Positions 43,286 to 52,979 of a stretch of 64,000 nucleotides of DNA are shown piece after piece; within the stretch, counting starts at the first letter, position 1, and each line of letters begins with the position of its first letter. The position numbers and the translations under genes were made by a program. The notes beneath the pieces were generated by a model. The model made no database searches. It had not been told where the DNA came from and was given only the letters and a program-made list of their open reading frames with translations. Origin of the DNA: Ruminococcus sp. CAG:563 (GTDB lineage Bacteria; Bacillota; Clostridia; Oscillospirales; Acutalibacteraceae); assembly GCA_000434915.1 (NCBI GenBank), contig FR882080.1:26377-90376 (forward strand), written 5' to 3'.

Positions 43286-44046
43286 ACGAGCATAAATTTG
43301 ATAAAAAAGGTGAAATTTATTCCAAGGCACGTCCGAGCTATCCCGATAAACTCTTTATATATCTTAAAGACCAAAATTTGATTTCGGATAGCACCGTGGC
43401 CGCCGATATAGGCTCCGGCACGGGAATATTTACCGAAAAGCTTTGCCCATATGTAAGCAGAGTTTTTGCGGTTGAGCCGAATGACGGTATGCGTTCGGTC
43501 GCCGAGGATAAATATACCGCATATGAGAACATTATCTCTGTAAACGGAAGTGCCGAGGATACAAAGCTGAGTGATAAAAGCGTTGATTTCATCACCGTTG
43601 CGCAGGCCTTCCACTGGTTTGACAGACAATCGTTTAAAACCGAGTGCCGCCGAATTTTAAGGGATGACGGGAACATTCTGCTTGTGTGGAACGACCGTGA
43701 CACCGAAAGTGAGCTTATCAGGGAAAATTACGATATTAACCGCCGCTTTTGCCCGAACTTCAAAGGCTCATCAAACGGATTTGATTTCAGCAGAGATACA
43801 TTCATAGACTTCTTTGATGACGATTTTGACACGGTTCAATTCAGAAATGACCTGATATATGATGAAAATACCTTTGTTTTAAGATGTCTTTCCTCGTCCT
43901 ATGCTCCGAAACAGGGCGAAGAAAATTATGACGAATATGTCGCCGAACTGCAGGAGCTTTTCAAAAAGCACAGCCTAAACGGCACAGTCTCCTACCCATA
44001 TATTACACGATGCTATATCGGAAGATTAAGCAAACGCTCCGTTTGA
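43282..44046 (+). CDS. Class I SAM-dependent methyltransferase
   Basis: 'DIGSGTGIFT' motif I; 4-nt overlap with mtaB. Confidence 0.65.
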   Translation: MNEHKFDKKGEIYSKARPSYPDKLFIYLKDQNLISDSTVAADIGSGTGIFTEKLCPYVSRVFAVEPNDGMRSVAEDKYTAYENIISVNGSAEDTKLSDKSVDFITVAQAFHWFDRQSFKTECRRILRDDGNILLVWNDRDTESELIRENYDINRRFCPNFKGSSNGFDFSRDTFIDFFDDDFDTVQFRNDLIYDENTFVLRCLSSSYAPKQGEENYDEYVAELQELFKKHSLNGTVSYPYITRCYIGRLSKRSV

Positions 44047-44079
44047 ACTTCAAGCGGAGCGTTTTTCTGCATTCGGTAA

Positions 44080-44475
44080 TTAAAGCAAGCTTTCAAGCGT
44101 GACCGAATCAAAATATTCATTTGTCATGTCGTTAAATTTCTCCCAAAGAGGCAGGGTCTTGCAGTCCTTTTTCCTCGGGCATTCCTCGGCATTGCACGAA
44201 AGACACGCAACGGGGGCAAGGTCACCCTCGGCTGCACGGAGTATCTCCCCTGCTGTGTATTCGCTCGGTGATCCGGTCAGCTTATATCCGCCGCCCTTGC
44301 CGTGAACGCCTTCAACAAAGCCGTTCTTAACGAGCGAAGGCATGATCTGCTCCATATATTTTTTTGAGATACCCTGCCTTGCAACAACGTCCTTCATCGG
44401 GATATATCCCTCGTCCTTGTGCTCTGCAAGGTCAATCATAACCCTAAGTGCATATCTTCCTCTTGTTGAAATCAT
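44080..44475 (-). CDS. Rrf2 family transcriptional regulator (CymR/IscR-like)
   Basis: 'MISTRGRYALRVMIDLA' Rrf2 HTH; downstream of cysK. Confidence 0.8.
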   Translation of the reverse strand: MISTRGRYALRVMIDLAEHKDEGYIPMKDVVARQGISKKYMEQIMPSLVKNGFVEGVHGKGGGYKLTGSPSEYTAGEILRAAEGDLAPVACLSCNAEECPRKKDCKTLPLWEKFNDMTNEYFDSVTLESLL

Positions 44476-44493
44476 TTTAACAACCTCGTAATA

Positions 44494-45420
44494 TTATTCA
44501 AAAAGTGCAGTTGAGAGATATCTGTCGCCTGTGTCCGGAAGCAGTGCAACGATGGTCTTGCCCTCGTTCTCCTCACGCTTTGCAAGCTCGATTGCCGCAT
44601 ATACGGCTGCACCTGCCGAGATGCCTACAAGCACACCTTCGCTGCCGATAAGCTTGCCTGTTGCGAATGCATCCTCATTTGATACAGGGATAATCTCATC
44701 ATAAATTTTTGTGTCAAGAACATCGGGAACAAAGCCTGCGCCGATACCCTGAATCTTATGTGAGCCTGAAACGCCCTGCGAAAGAACCGGTGATGAAAGC
44801 GGCTCAACGGCAACAACCTTGACCTCGGGTTTCTTCTCCTTGAGATATGTGCCTACGCCTGTAACAGTTCCGCCTGTGCCTACGCCTGCAACAAAGATAT
44901 CAACCTCTCCGTCGGTGTCCTCATAGATTTCCGGGCCTGTGGTCTCGTAGTGAGCCTTCGGGTTTGACGGATTGACGAACTGACCGGGAATGAAGCTGTT
45001 CGGATATTCCTTTGCAAGCTCGTCAGCCTTGGCGATTGCGCCCTTCATGCCCTTTGCACCCTCTGTTAAAACAAGTTCGGCGCCGTATGCCTTGATAAGT
45101 CTGCGGCGTTCTTCTGACATAGTTTCCGGCATTACAATGATGATTTTATATCCTCTTGCCGCCGCAACAGCTGCCAGGCCGATACCTGTGTTGCCGCTGG
45201 TCGGCTCAATGATTACCGAGCCTTCTTTGAGCTTGCCCGCTGCTTCTGCGTCGTCAATCATCTTCTTTGCAATTCTGTCCTTAACCGATCCTGCCGGGTT
45301 GAAATATTCAAGCTTTGCAAGAATCTTTGCCTTGAGTCCGTATTTCTTTTCAATATGTGTGAGTTCGAGAAGTGGTGTTTTTCCGATAAGCTGATCTGCT
45401 GATGTATAAATCTTTGACAT
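44494..45420 (-). CDS. cysK: Cysteine synthase A (O-acetylserine sulfhydrylase)
   Basis: PLP-lysine motif '[11 protein letters not shown]', about 308 aa. Confidence 0.9.
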   Translation of the reverse strand: MSKIYTSADQLIGKTPLLELTHIEKKYGLKAKILAKLEYFNPAGSVKDRIAKKMIDDAEAAGKLKEGSVIIEPTSGNTGIGLAAVAAARGYKIIIVMPETMSEERRRLIKAYGAELVLTEGAKGMKGAIAKADELAKEYPNSFIPGQFVNPSNPKAHYETTGPEIYEDTDGEVDIFVAGVGTGGTVTGVGTYLKEKKPEVKVVAVEPLSSPVLSQGVSGSHKIQGIGAGFVPDVLDTKIYDEIIPVSNEDAFATGKLIGSEGVLVGISAGAAVYAAIELAKREENEGKTIVALLPDTGDRYLSTALFE

Positions 45421-45569
45421 AATAATTATCTCCTTAAAATTAAATTAAATATAGTGAATTTGTTTTTTAAATTGTTTTTGAAGAATAGGAATGTCAGCTC
45501 ATACATCGTCCGAATCTGAAGTTACTTCTTAGCATTTTGCCGTAAATAAATCTCACAATATCACTTCCT

Positions 45570-45604
45570 AAAAAAATAACCGAAAAGCTCAGGTGCCTTT
45601 CGGT
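45570..45604 (-). terminator. Intrinsic terminator inside the cysK 5' leader
   Basis: On the minus strand ACCGAAAGG-loop-CTTTTCGGT (9-bp stem, 1 G.U) followed by TATTTTTTT; about 150 nt upstream of the cysK ATG. Confidence 0.6.
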
Positions 45605-45626
45605 GTTTCGACTGAATAAAGTTTAA

Positions 45627-45710
45627 TCAAAACTTAACCGATGGCATGGCAACAAGAGCGCACATACAGCACTCGGTACACATTGAGCAAGCGTTAAATG
45701 ACTTTCTCAT
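45627..45710 (-). CDS. Cys-codon-rich leader peptide (27 aa, MRKSFNACSMCTECCMCALVAMPSVKF)
   Basis: GGAGG RBS 8 nt upstream of the ATG; 5 Cys codons within 10 codons; lies between the promoter and the leader terminator; below the ORF-track cutoff. Confidence 0.4.
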   Translation of the reverse strand: MRKSFNACSMCTECCMCALVAMPSVKF

Positions 45711-45755
45711 TGCCAAATCCTCCGTTTCTTACGTCGTTTTCTTTATGTTGGTGAT

Positions 45756-45784
45756 ATAATAACACCATTTACCTACTTTGTCAA
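45756..45784 (-). promoter_or_regulatory. Consensus sigmaA promoter for the cysK leader (TTGACA-17-TATTAT)
   Basis: Minus strand TTGACA (45784-45779), 17-nt spacer, TATTAT (45761-45756). Confidence 0.55.
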
Positions 45785-45822
45785 TAGGTTAATAGAAAAA
45801 TCTTAAATTATTTTCAAAAAAA

Positions 45823-46464
45823 TTATTGATTATCGTTTTCGAGAAATTCCGCCTTGTTTGCACGGATATAATCCGCCGCAGACTTGTAAATTTCATCCTT
45901 CTTTTCATTCATAAGACTTTCAAACTCTGCGTCATACTTTGCCAAAAGCTCATTATCAACCGACGTAGTCTCGTCGTTGTCGTCGAGCATGATAAACTCC
46001 TTATTGAATATCTCTGCAAATTCGCCGCCGATTGTCTCATTGACCGCCGCCTTTGATGCGGAAAGAAGCGGTTCGCCATTCGAGCGAAAAAACTGGGAAA
46101 GCTTATTCTTGCTGTCCTCAAAGACATAGCCGAGGCAGTAAACATTCTTCTTAACGTCGGATAGCTCCGCAAAAGCATCGTTCATGTTTGTTGCCTTTTC
46201 AAGCTTCATCTGAATATTGGCACACATGCCGACGATCAGCCTGTAATCGTCCTTTTCAGGAAGAAATGTTGTTTCGTCGGGATTTCTGAATTCATTTCTT
46301 AATGCTTTTTCCTTTTCGAGATCGGCGATAATACGCTCCCTTTCTTCATTTCTCCTTTTGCCGGACACAATAGCCTTATACCACACAAAAATCGTCAGGG
46401 CAATTAAAAGCACAAGCACAACCCCTATCCACGGGTGCTGTGCGATATATTGCAACATACTCAT
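45823..46464 (-). CDS. Membrane-anchored protein, function unknown
   Basis: N-terminal TM 'WIGVVLVLLIALTIFVW' then a charged coiled-coil region. Confidence 0.45.
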   Translation of the reverse strand: MSMLQYIAQHPWIGVVLVLLIALTIFVWYKAIVSGKRRNEERERIIADLEKEKALRNEFRNPDETTFLPEKDDYRLIVGMCANIQMKLEKATNMNDAFAELSDVKKNVYCLGYVFEDSKNKLSQFFRSNGEPLLSASKAAVNETIGGEFAEIFNKEFIMLDDNDETTSVDNELLAKYDAEFESLMNEKKDEIYKSAADYIRANKAEFLENDNQ

Positions 46465-46657
46465 TTTTAAAATCCTTTCTTTACTTAGAGTTTTACTTAA
46501 ACAGTATTTTACAAGCTTTACTTTGCGAACATTTTCGGCTTTGAAATATTTTATACAGTCAAAACACTTTGAAGCTGCATTATAGCGAAACCTGTTTTTA
46601 GATTGAATTAAAATTGTTCACAGTGCATTTTGCAGCTTGGGTGCTGTACAATCCTAC

Positions 46658-46880
46658 TTAGCGAGAGATTTTTTCGTTAGACAGTTCAACGTTCTCGCAG
46701 GATTTTTTTGTTAGACAGTTCAAAGTTCTCAAAGGCTATATTCTTATATGTCAAGAGGGCTTTGGGCTATACTACAAAAAAAGAGGCAAACCATTTAGCG
46801 AGAGATTTTTTCGTTAGACAGTTCAAAGTTCTCGAAGGCTATATTCTTATATGCCAAGAGGGCTTTGGGCTGTATAACGG
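46658..46880. repeat. Tandemly duplicated roughly 85-bp intergenic element (two copies about 136 bp apart, plus an internal 34-bp sub-duplication)
   Basis: 'ttagcgagagattttttcgttagacagttcaa[c/a]gttctcg[c/a]agg' plus 'ctatattcttatatg[t/c]caagagggctttgggct' appear twice; 'gttagacagttcaaagttctcaaagg' forms a third partial copy. Confidence 0.8.
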
Positions 46881-46891
46881 AAAAAGATCCG

Positions 46892-47713
46892 CTAAATCAG
46901 TGCTTTGTAGATGTCGCCTTTTTTATACCCCGACAGCTTCGCCGCCTGTTTTGCCGCTTCGCTGACGCTCATGCCGCTTTCAACGCTGTGTCGGGCGCAC
47001 TCTATCGCTTGCTCAAGAGTCATTTTATCTTCTGTCTTTTCGGGCTCTGCACCCTTGATAACAAGAACTATTTCGCCCTTAACACTGCCGTCGGCATACT
47101 TTTCAACAGCTTCATCAAGCGTAGTGCGGATAACCTCCTCGTGAATCTTCGTAATCTCACGGACTATTGCGATTTCACGGTTGCCGAACACCTTGTTCAT
47201 GTCTCGGAGCGTTGCGCCCAGCTTGTGCGGAGCTTCATAGAAAAGCATAGTTCTTGTCTCTTTTTCAAGCGAGATAAGATGCTCACGGCGGCTCGGCTTG
47301 TTCACGCTGAGGAAGCCCTCAAATGTGAAGCGTCCCGACGGAAAGCCGGAAAGTGCAAGCGCAGTTGAAAAAGCGCAAGGGCCGGGAACGGATTCAACCT
47401 CCACTCCCCTGTCGTGACAAAGACGTACAAGATCCTCACCCGGATCGGAGATGGCAGGCATGCCTGCGTCGGTCACGATTGCACCGTTCTCCCCGGCAAG
47501 AATCCTTTGAACTATGGCTTCGCCATGCTCCTTTTTGTTATATTCAAAATAGCTCATCATGCTCTTTTTTATACCGAAATGATTGAGCAGTTTGAGGGTT
47601 ACTCGTGTATCCTCGGCAGCAATGAAATCGACGCTTTTCAGCGTCTCAATCGCACGGGGCGAAAAATCCCCGAGGTTGCCTATCGGAGTTCCGACAACAT
47701 AAAGCTTACTCAT
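46892..47713 (-). CDS. rsmI: 16S rRNA (cytidine1402-2'-O)-methyltransferase
   Basis: 'LYVVGTPIGNLGD' tetrapyrrole-methylase-type N-terminus. Confidence 0.85.
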   Translation of the reverse strand: MSKLYVVGTPIGNLGDFSPRAIETLKSVDFIAAEDTRVTLKLLNHFGIKKSMMSYFEYNKKEHGEAIVQRILAGENGAIVTDAGMPAISDPGEDLVRLCHDRGVEVESVPGPCAFSTALALSGFPSGRFTFEGFLSVNKPSRREHLISLEKETRTMLFYEAPHKLGATLRDMNKVFGNREIAIVREITKIHEEVIRTTLDEAVEKYADGSVKGEIVLVIKGAEPEKTEDKMTLEQAIECARHSVESGMSVSEAAKQAAKLSGYKKGDIYKALI

Positions 47714-48444
47714 TTAACGTTCTCCTTATACTCACCGTATATATCGGTTACTTCCTTTGAAAGCTCGCCGTCCTCGCCGTACATTATCAGAAGCGGATCA
47801 ACATTCATGAACGGTTTGCCGCCCTTTCTGCCCTCTATGAGAAAAAGCCACGGACGTGTATACGGCGTTTTTGCAACCAAGCGAAGCCGCTTCGGCTCAA
47901 TGCCGTTGTTCTTCATGGAAACGATAGTATCGCTGAGCCTTTCGGGACGGTTGCACATGCATAGTCTGCCGCCGAAATTCAGCAAAAACGCCGCCGCAGA
48001 ACAGATATCGTCAAGATTGCATTCAACTTCATGCCTTGCGATAAGCTCGGCGGGTGTTATGCTTTTTATGCCGCTGTCCGCCGCCTTATACGGAGGGTTC
48101 ATTGTAACGACATCCATCGAAGCGTGAGAAAGAACTGATTTTATATCCTTGAGGTCGTGGTTTATCGGCTTAACCTTTTCTCCGACCGAGCTTTTGCGAA
48201 CGGATTCACAGGTTTGCATATAGCCTTTCTCCTGCAATTCGACGGCGGTTATCTCTTTGGCACAGTTATTCCTGCACCAAAGCATCGGAATTATTCCGCA
48301 GCCCGTGCCGAGGTCACACGCTCTTTCATTGCGTTTCGGCGATGCAAAATCGGCAAGCAGGACAGCGTCCGTACCGAATGTATGCTCCTTTGAAACGGCA
48401 ACATATATGCCCGAGCCGAGAAATTCATATTTAAAATCGGACAT
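47710..48444 (-). CDS. N6-adenine-type SAM methyltransferase, YabB/TrmN6-like
   Basis: 'DLGTGCGIIP' motif I and 'NPPY'; the conserved yabB-rsmI neighbourhood. Confidence 0.7.
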   Translation of the reverse strand: MSDFKYEFLGSGIYVAVSKEHTFGTDAVLLADFASPKRNERACDLGTGCGIIPMLWCRNNCAKEITAVELQEKGYMQTCESVRKSSVGEKVKPINHDLKDIKSVLSHASMDVVTMNPPYKAADSGIKSITPAELIARHEVECNLDDICSAAAFLLNFGGRLCMCNRPERLSDTIVSMKNNGIEPKRLRLVAKTPYTRPWLFLIEGRKGGKPFMNVDPLLIMYGEDGELSKEVTDIYGEYKENVK

Positions 48445-48527
48445 AGCATTGCCTCCGTTTCAGTAATCATAATTTATATTATACATCGTAAACAGCGCCG
48501 TGTCAAAGGGAACGACGCTGTTATTAG

Positions 48528-49298
48528 TTATTTTATTCTGTTGACGATAATTATTGCCGCCCCGAGCACAACAAGAACCACGCCTGTTGCACGATTCAGC
48601 GTTTTCGCCGAGACCTTATTGGCAATCAATGCCGCAATGAGCGCAAAAACAAGCGTGCTGATTATACAAGTGACAAGAGCAACCGGATCGGGTGCACCGC
48701 CTATCGCAAAGTGGCTGACAGAGCCGGTCAGTGCCGTTGCCGCCATGATGAATACGCTTGTGCCGACCGCCGTTTTAAGCTCATATCCGAGCACTGTTGT
48801 GAGGACAAGAAGCATCATCATTCCACCGCCTGCGCCGATAAATCCGCAGACAAATCCGACCATTGAGCCGCAAATCACCGAGCGAATTGCCTTTTGCTTC
48901 GCCGTGGCATTTTGCAGCCTCGCTTTCGGCGCAACAACAGGCTTGACAATGAACTTTATACCGAGGAGGAAGGTCATAAACACGGAAAAATTACCCATAG
49001 TCGTTTTGGGCACGGTACTTGCAACGTAGCTGCCGACAAGTGTAAAACAGAGCACCGAAACCATCATGATAAGTCCGTTACGGATATCAAGATTCTTATT
49101 TTTACCGTAAGTGTAAGCCGAAATCGCACTCGCAAGCACGTCACTCGCCAAGGCAATTCCGACAGCGAGGTAAGAATCCATGTCAAGGAATGTGATAAGC
49201 ATGGGGCTGATTACGGCAGCGGCACTCATTCCGGCAAAGCCTGTGCCGAGGCCAGCACCGATACCGGCAATGATACAAATTATAATTTTAAAAGGCAT
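48528..49298 (-). CDS. TauE/SafE family sulfite/anion exporter
   Basis: 256 aa, 8 TM, Gly-rich duplicated 4-TM halves. Confidence 0.75.
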   Translation of the reverse strand: MPFKIIICIIAGIGAGLGTGFAGMSAAAVISPMLITFLDMDSYLAVGIALASDVLASAISAYTYGKNKNLDIRNGLIMMVSVLCFTLVGSYVASTVPKTTMGNFSVFMTFLLGIKFIVKPVVAPKARLQNATAKQKAIRSVICGSMVGFVCGFIGAGGGMMMLLVLTTVLGYELKTAVGTSVFIMAATALTGSVSHFAIGGAPDPVALVTCIISTLVFALIAALIANKVSAKTLNRATGVVLVVLGAAIIIVNRIK

Positions 49299-49738
49299 TA
49301 AGCTTCCTCCCGACCGAATAATTTGACATTCTCAAGTATTTTTTCATTCACTCTTTCAAAGATTTCCTCTTCCTCGGGGGAAATTCCTCTTTTCAGTGCG
49401 GAAATAAATTTTCCCTGCATTTCTCTGCCGTCCGAGATTATATTCTGTGCCGATTCGGTCGGCACAAGACGGTGAATTCGCCTGTCGGAGGGATCGTCCG
49501 TGCGGACTAAATAGCCCTTTTGAATAAGCGTTTCAACGGCAACGGAAGCAATCCCGCTCTTGATTCCCCTGACGGAGCAAATGTCCCTCGCAGTGTTGTT
49601 CTCGGGATTGTTTGCACAGAACATAAGAACATCAAAACAGGACTGATTTATCCCGTATTTTTTGCACAACGGCTGAGAAAGTCCGCTGTAGATATTTGCC
49701 AGCTTCTTTCCAACCGCTATCATCTTTATCGCAGTCAT
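49298..49738 (-). CDS. MarR family transcriptional regulator
   Basis: Winged-helix 'TARDICSVRGIKSGIASVAVETLIQKGYLVRTDDPSDRR'; overlaps the TauE start. Confidence 0.75.
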   Translation of the reverse strand: MTAIKMIAVGKKLANIYSGLSQPLCKKYGINQSCFDVLMFCANNPENNTARDICSVRGIKSGIASVAVETLIQKGYLVRTDDPSDRRIHRLVPTESAQNIISDGREMQGKFISALKRGISPEEEEIFERVNEKILENVKLFGREEA

Positions 49739-49949
49739 AGCGTCCTCCAAATTGTCTAATATTAGAATTTCTATTATTATATCATTATGATTCACTATTG
49801 TCAAGTAAAAAGTTCCCGCGTAACTCACGGTTTACAAATTTTACCGTCGGTTGCTGTTTATACCAAAACAAAAAATATATAATAATGCTACATTCGCGAA
49901 AATTACAAGTCCTCTTTTGAGTGATTCAAAACACAAAGGAGGACATTTT

Positions 49950-50282
49950 ATGAATTTTAAAAGACAAAGCTTTTGGAAAGGTAAAAAAATGGTTGTAACG
50001 GATATTGGAAAACGAATTCGGCTTGCCCGTGAGATTGCAGGATTCACTCAGGAAAATCTCGCGGAGGCGGTCGATGTTTCAAGAACTGCCGTTGCACGGT
50101 GGGAAAGCGGAGATATTGTTCCGAATCTACAACACATAGTTGACATAGCCATGCTGCTTAATGTCAGCACGGATTATCTGCTCGGCGTCAAGGGTTCCGA
50201 CGAGAACAAACTGCCCGAGCTATCCGAAAAAGCTGTATTTGCCCTCACCAAATTTATAAAGGAGGTAAAAGAAGTGCCATAA
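49950..50282 (+). CDS. XRE-family HTH transcriptional regulator
   Basis: 'IRLAREIAGFTQENLAEAVDVSRTAVARWESG'; the ATG at 49950 is preceded by AAGGAGG. Confidence 0.75.
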   Translation: MNFKRQSFWKGKKMVVTDIGKRIRLAREIAGFTQENLAEAVDVSRTAVARWESGDIVPNLQHIVDIAMLLNVSTDYLLGVKGSDENKLPELSEKAVFALTKFIKEVKEVP

Positions 50283-50334
50283 AGGTTAAAGCGACAGAAT
50301 TAATTCGTTTATTAATTAAAAAGGAGACATTAAA

Positions 50335-51504
50335 ATGATTTGTTCAAGATGCGGAAAAGAGTTTAACGGTAAATTTTGCGAGCACTGCGGAGCGCCTGCT
50401 CCGAGCAGTGCGGCACCGACCGCCGGCACATACTCTGCCGAGCCTATACCGACCAAGAAAAAGAAAAAGCCGATTTATAAAAGATGGTGGTTTTATGTGA
50501 TAGTTGTCATCGCCGCAATCGCAGTTATCAGCTCAATTTCAGGCAATAAATCGGGAAAAATCAACTGGAGCGACATAATTTTAAGCGCACAATTACCTGA
50601 GCCGCCTAAAAACAAGGGGGAAATTCACGAAAACACTGCCGAAGGACTTTGGGTTGACATCAATAAAATTTCCGACAAGCAGTATAACGATTATATTGAA
50701 GCCTGCAAAGCAAAAGGGTTCACAGTTGATTCGAAATCTGATTCCATGTCATACGGTGCATACAATGCCGAGGGATACAAATTGAGCCTGAGTCATTACG
50801 GCAGTGAAGCCGATATGAAGATTGAGTTAGAGAAACCTCTGGAGTTGTCCTCGATCACATGGCCCACAAGCAAAGCAGGCAAGCAGCTGCCCGTCCCAAA
50901 ATCCACAAGCGGTAAGTTTACCCATGAAAACGATGATAGTTTCTTCGTTTACATAGGAAACACGAGCAAAGATGATTACAACAACTATGTAAAGGCTTGC
51001 TCCGATAAGGGGTTTACGGTTAATTATAACAAGGGGGACAGTTTTTATAACGCCGATAACAGTGCCGGCTGGCACGTTTCGATCAAATATGAAGGCAACA
51101 ATATCATGAGCATTGATATTGACGCTGCGAGCGAAAACAGCACCGCTCCGTCAGCTTCTGAAGACACAACAAAGCCTGCCGAATCAAAACCAGCTCAATC
51201 AAAACCTGCCAAGACAGCCAATAACGACTCAGACATGGTTGACGGAATGCACCGTGATTTCAAGGAAGCAATGGACAGCTATGAGGAATTCTTTGACGAG
51301 TATGTTGCATTTATGAAAAAATATGAAAATTCTGATAACCCGATGTCCATGTTTTCCGATTACACAAAGTTTATGTCACAATACTCTGAAACAATGCAGA
51401 AGCTTGACGAATGGAAAAGCAAAGATCTTAACACAAAGGAAGCGGCTTATCTTCTCGACGTAACCAACAGAATAAACAAGAAGCTTCTTGAAGTTGCCGA
51501 ATAA
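50335..51504 (+). CDS. Zinc-ribbon/TM-anchored protein with a duplicated extracytoplasmic domain
   Basis: N-terminal 'CSRCGKEFNGKFCEHCGAP', one TM, then two homologous roughly 110-aa domains ('YNDYIEACKAKGFTVD' / 'YNNYVKACSDKGFTVN'). Confidence 0.5.
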   Translation: MICSRCGKEFNGKFCEHCGAPAPSSAAPTAGTYSAEPIPTKKKKKPIYKRWWFYVIVVIAAIAVISSISGNKSGKINWSDIILSAQLPEPPKNKGEIHENTAEGLWVDINKISDKQYNDYIEACKAKGFTVDSKSDSMSYGAYNAEGYKLSLSHYGSEADMKIELEKPLELSSITWPTSKAGKQLPVPKSTSGKFTHENDDSFFVYIGNTSKDDYNNYVKACSDKGFTVNYNKGDSFYNADNSAGWHVSIKYEGNNIMSIDIDAASENSTAPSASEDTTKPAESKPAQSKPAKTANNDSDMVDGMHRDFKEAMDSYEEFFDEYVAFMKKYENSDNPMSMFSDYTKFMSQYSETMQKLDEWKSKDLNTKEAAYLLDVTNRINKKLLEVAE

Positions 51505-51518
51505 AAACTTATATCAGA

Positions 51519-51553
51519 GCAGTTGCACTTAATTGTGTAACTGCTTTTATTTT
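51519..51553 (+). terminator. Rho-independent terminator
   Basis: gcagttgcac/gtgtaactgc stem followed by ttttatttt. Confidence 0.6.
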
Positions 51554-51682
51554 CAACAAACAAAAATCGCTGTGCATACCTTTCGATACGCACAGCGTCT
51601 TTGATCTTTTATTATGTTTTGGAAGCGAGTATCACATTGTGGAATGATTTCAATCGCCTCGTTAAACATCACAAAGCTTTAA

Positions 51683-51955
<273 letters not shown>

Positions 51956-52915
51956 TTACTCGATTTTTATGCCGGTGTAGTAATGCTTCAATATCTCCTG
52001 CCAATCAGAGCCTTGACGGGCCATATAATCGGCACCGTATTGACTCATGCCGACCATATGTCCGTTGCCGATGATTTTGATTGTAAATTTTTCGTCCTTA
52101 CAACTTATTGTAAAATTTCTGCTCGGCAGGCCGAGAGCTTTTTTTATGTCGTTACCGTCAATCTTTGTTCCGCCTACTTCAACAGAACGCACAAAGCCGG
52201 TGTCTGTTTTATCGGTTTTGCCGACCCAATTTTCGCTTTTCCCCGGCAGCTCGATTCCGTCAATTATCTGAATTGCCGAGCGAAACTTTTCTTTGTCAAG
52301 TCCGATTACAGTTTCATAATTCGGAGCAAGCCTGTCGCCGTCACTCGTGACGGATTGAAGGTAAGCGATGTCCTCTCCCCAAACTGTTTTTGCACTCTCT
52401 GTTTTTCCGCTGCAAATATCATGATAGGCCGCCAAAATCGGATCGCCGTTATAGGTCATTCTTTTCCCGAGCACCTCGCCGACAAGCTCTTCCGCCTTTT
52501 CCTCATAATCGGCATACTTGTCGCCCCACTTTTTCTTCCTTGCATCCTTATTGAGATATCCCTGATGAGTTTTGGAATCATCCGAGATATCCGCTCCGTT
52601 AAGATCGTCTTTATTTCCTTTCCCCTTGCAATAAAGAGCATAGGTGTAGCATGCAACAGCCTGCGCCTTGAGAGCTTCATCGTGACATTCCATGCTCATT
52701 TCCGCCGCCAATGCGCCAACGGTATATTCCTTTATATCGGTTTTTTCGACCTTTCCGCTTTCGCTTTTCATAACGCTTATTGCTCCGCTTTCCGTATTTA
52801 CGGACGGCTTTTCATCAACAACCGCCGTTTTGTGCGGCTTTTCCATGGTTGTCAGCGGCAGAATTATCATCGCCGCCATCAGAACCGAGCAAAGCACCAG
52901 GTATTTCCTCATCAT
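51956..52915 (-). CDS. spoIID: SpoIID/LytB-domain protein (lytic transglycosylase / amidase enhancer)
   Basis: Signal/TM N-terminus and the 'HMVGMSQYGADYMARQG' SpoIID signature. Confidence 0.75.
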   Translation of the reverse strand: MMRKYLVLCSVLMAAMIILPLTTMEKPHKTAVVDEKPSVNTESGAISVMKSESGKVEKTDIKEYTVGALAAEMSMECHDEALKAQAVACYTYALYCKGKGNKDDLNGADISDDSKTHQGYLNKDARKKKWGDKYADYEEKAEELVGEVLGKRMTYNGDPILAAYHDICSGKTESAKTVWGEDIAYLQSVTSDGDRLAPNYETVIGLDKEKFRSAIQIIDGIELPGKSENWVGKTDKTDTGFVRSVEVGGTKIDGNDIKKALGLPSRNFTISCKDEKFTIKIIGNGHMVGMSQYGADYMARQGSDWQEILKHYYTGIKIE

Positions 52916-52979
52916 TCATTCCTCCCGAAGAAATACTATGCGGACAAGTCGATACATATGAAAAGAAGCACCGAAAAAA

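Noticed and set aside
45600-45790. T-box riboswitch upstream of cysK
   Set aside because: I searched the leader for the T-box consensus (AGGGUGGNACCGCG) and a specifier-loop context. Only a degenerate 'TGTGTACCGAG' is present, and it lies inside the small Cys-rich ORF. Without a covariance-model scan I cannot call a T-box, so I kept the leader-peptide interpretation as a hypothesis instead.
46658-46880. CRISPR array
   Set aside because: The repeats are long (about 85 bp), imperfect and directly abutting or tandemly duplicated rather than short identical repeats separated by unique spacers. No cas genes are in the window.
46708-46965. 85-aa plus-strand ORF spanning the tandem repeat
   Set aside because: Its translation is dictated by the duplicated DNA, it has no RBS, and it runs into the rsmI 3' end on the opposite strand, so it is most likely non-coding.
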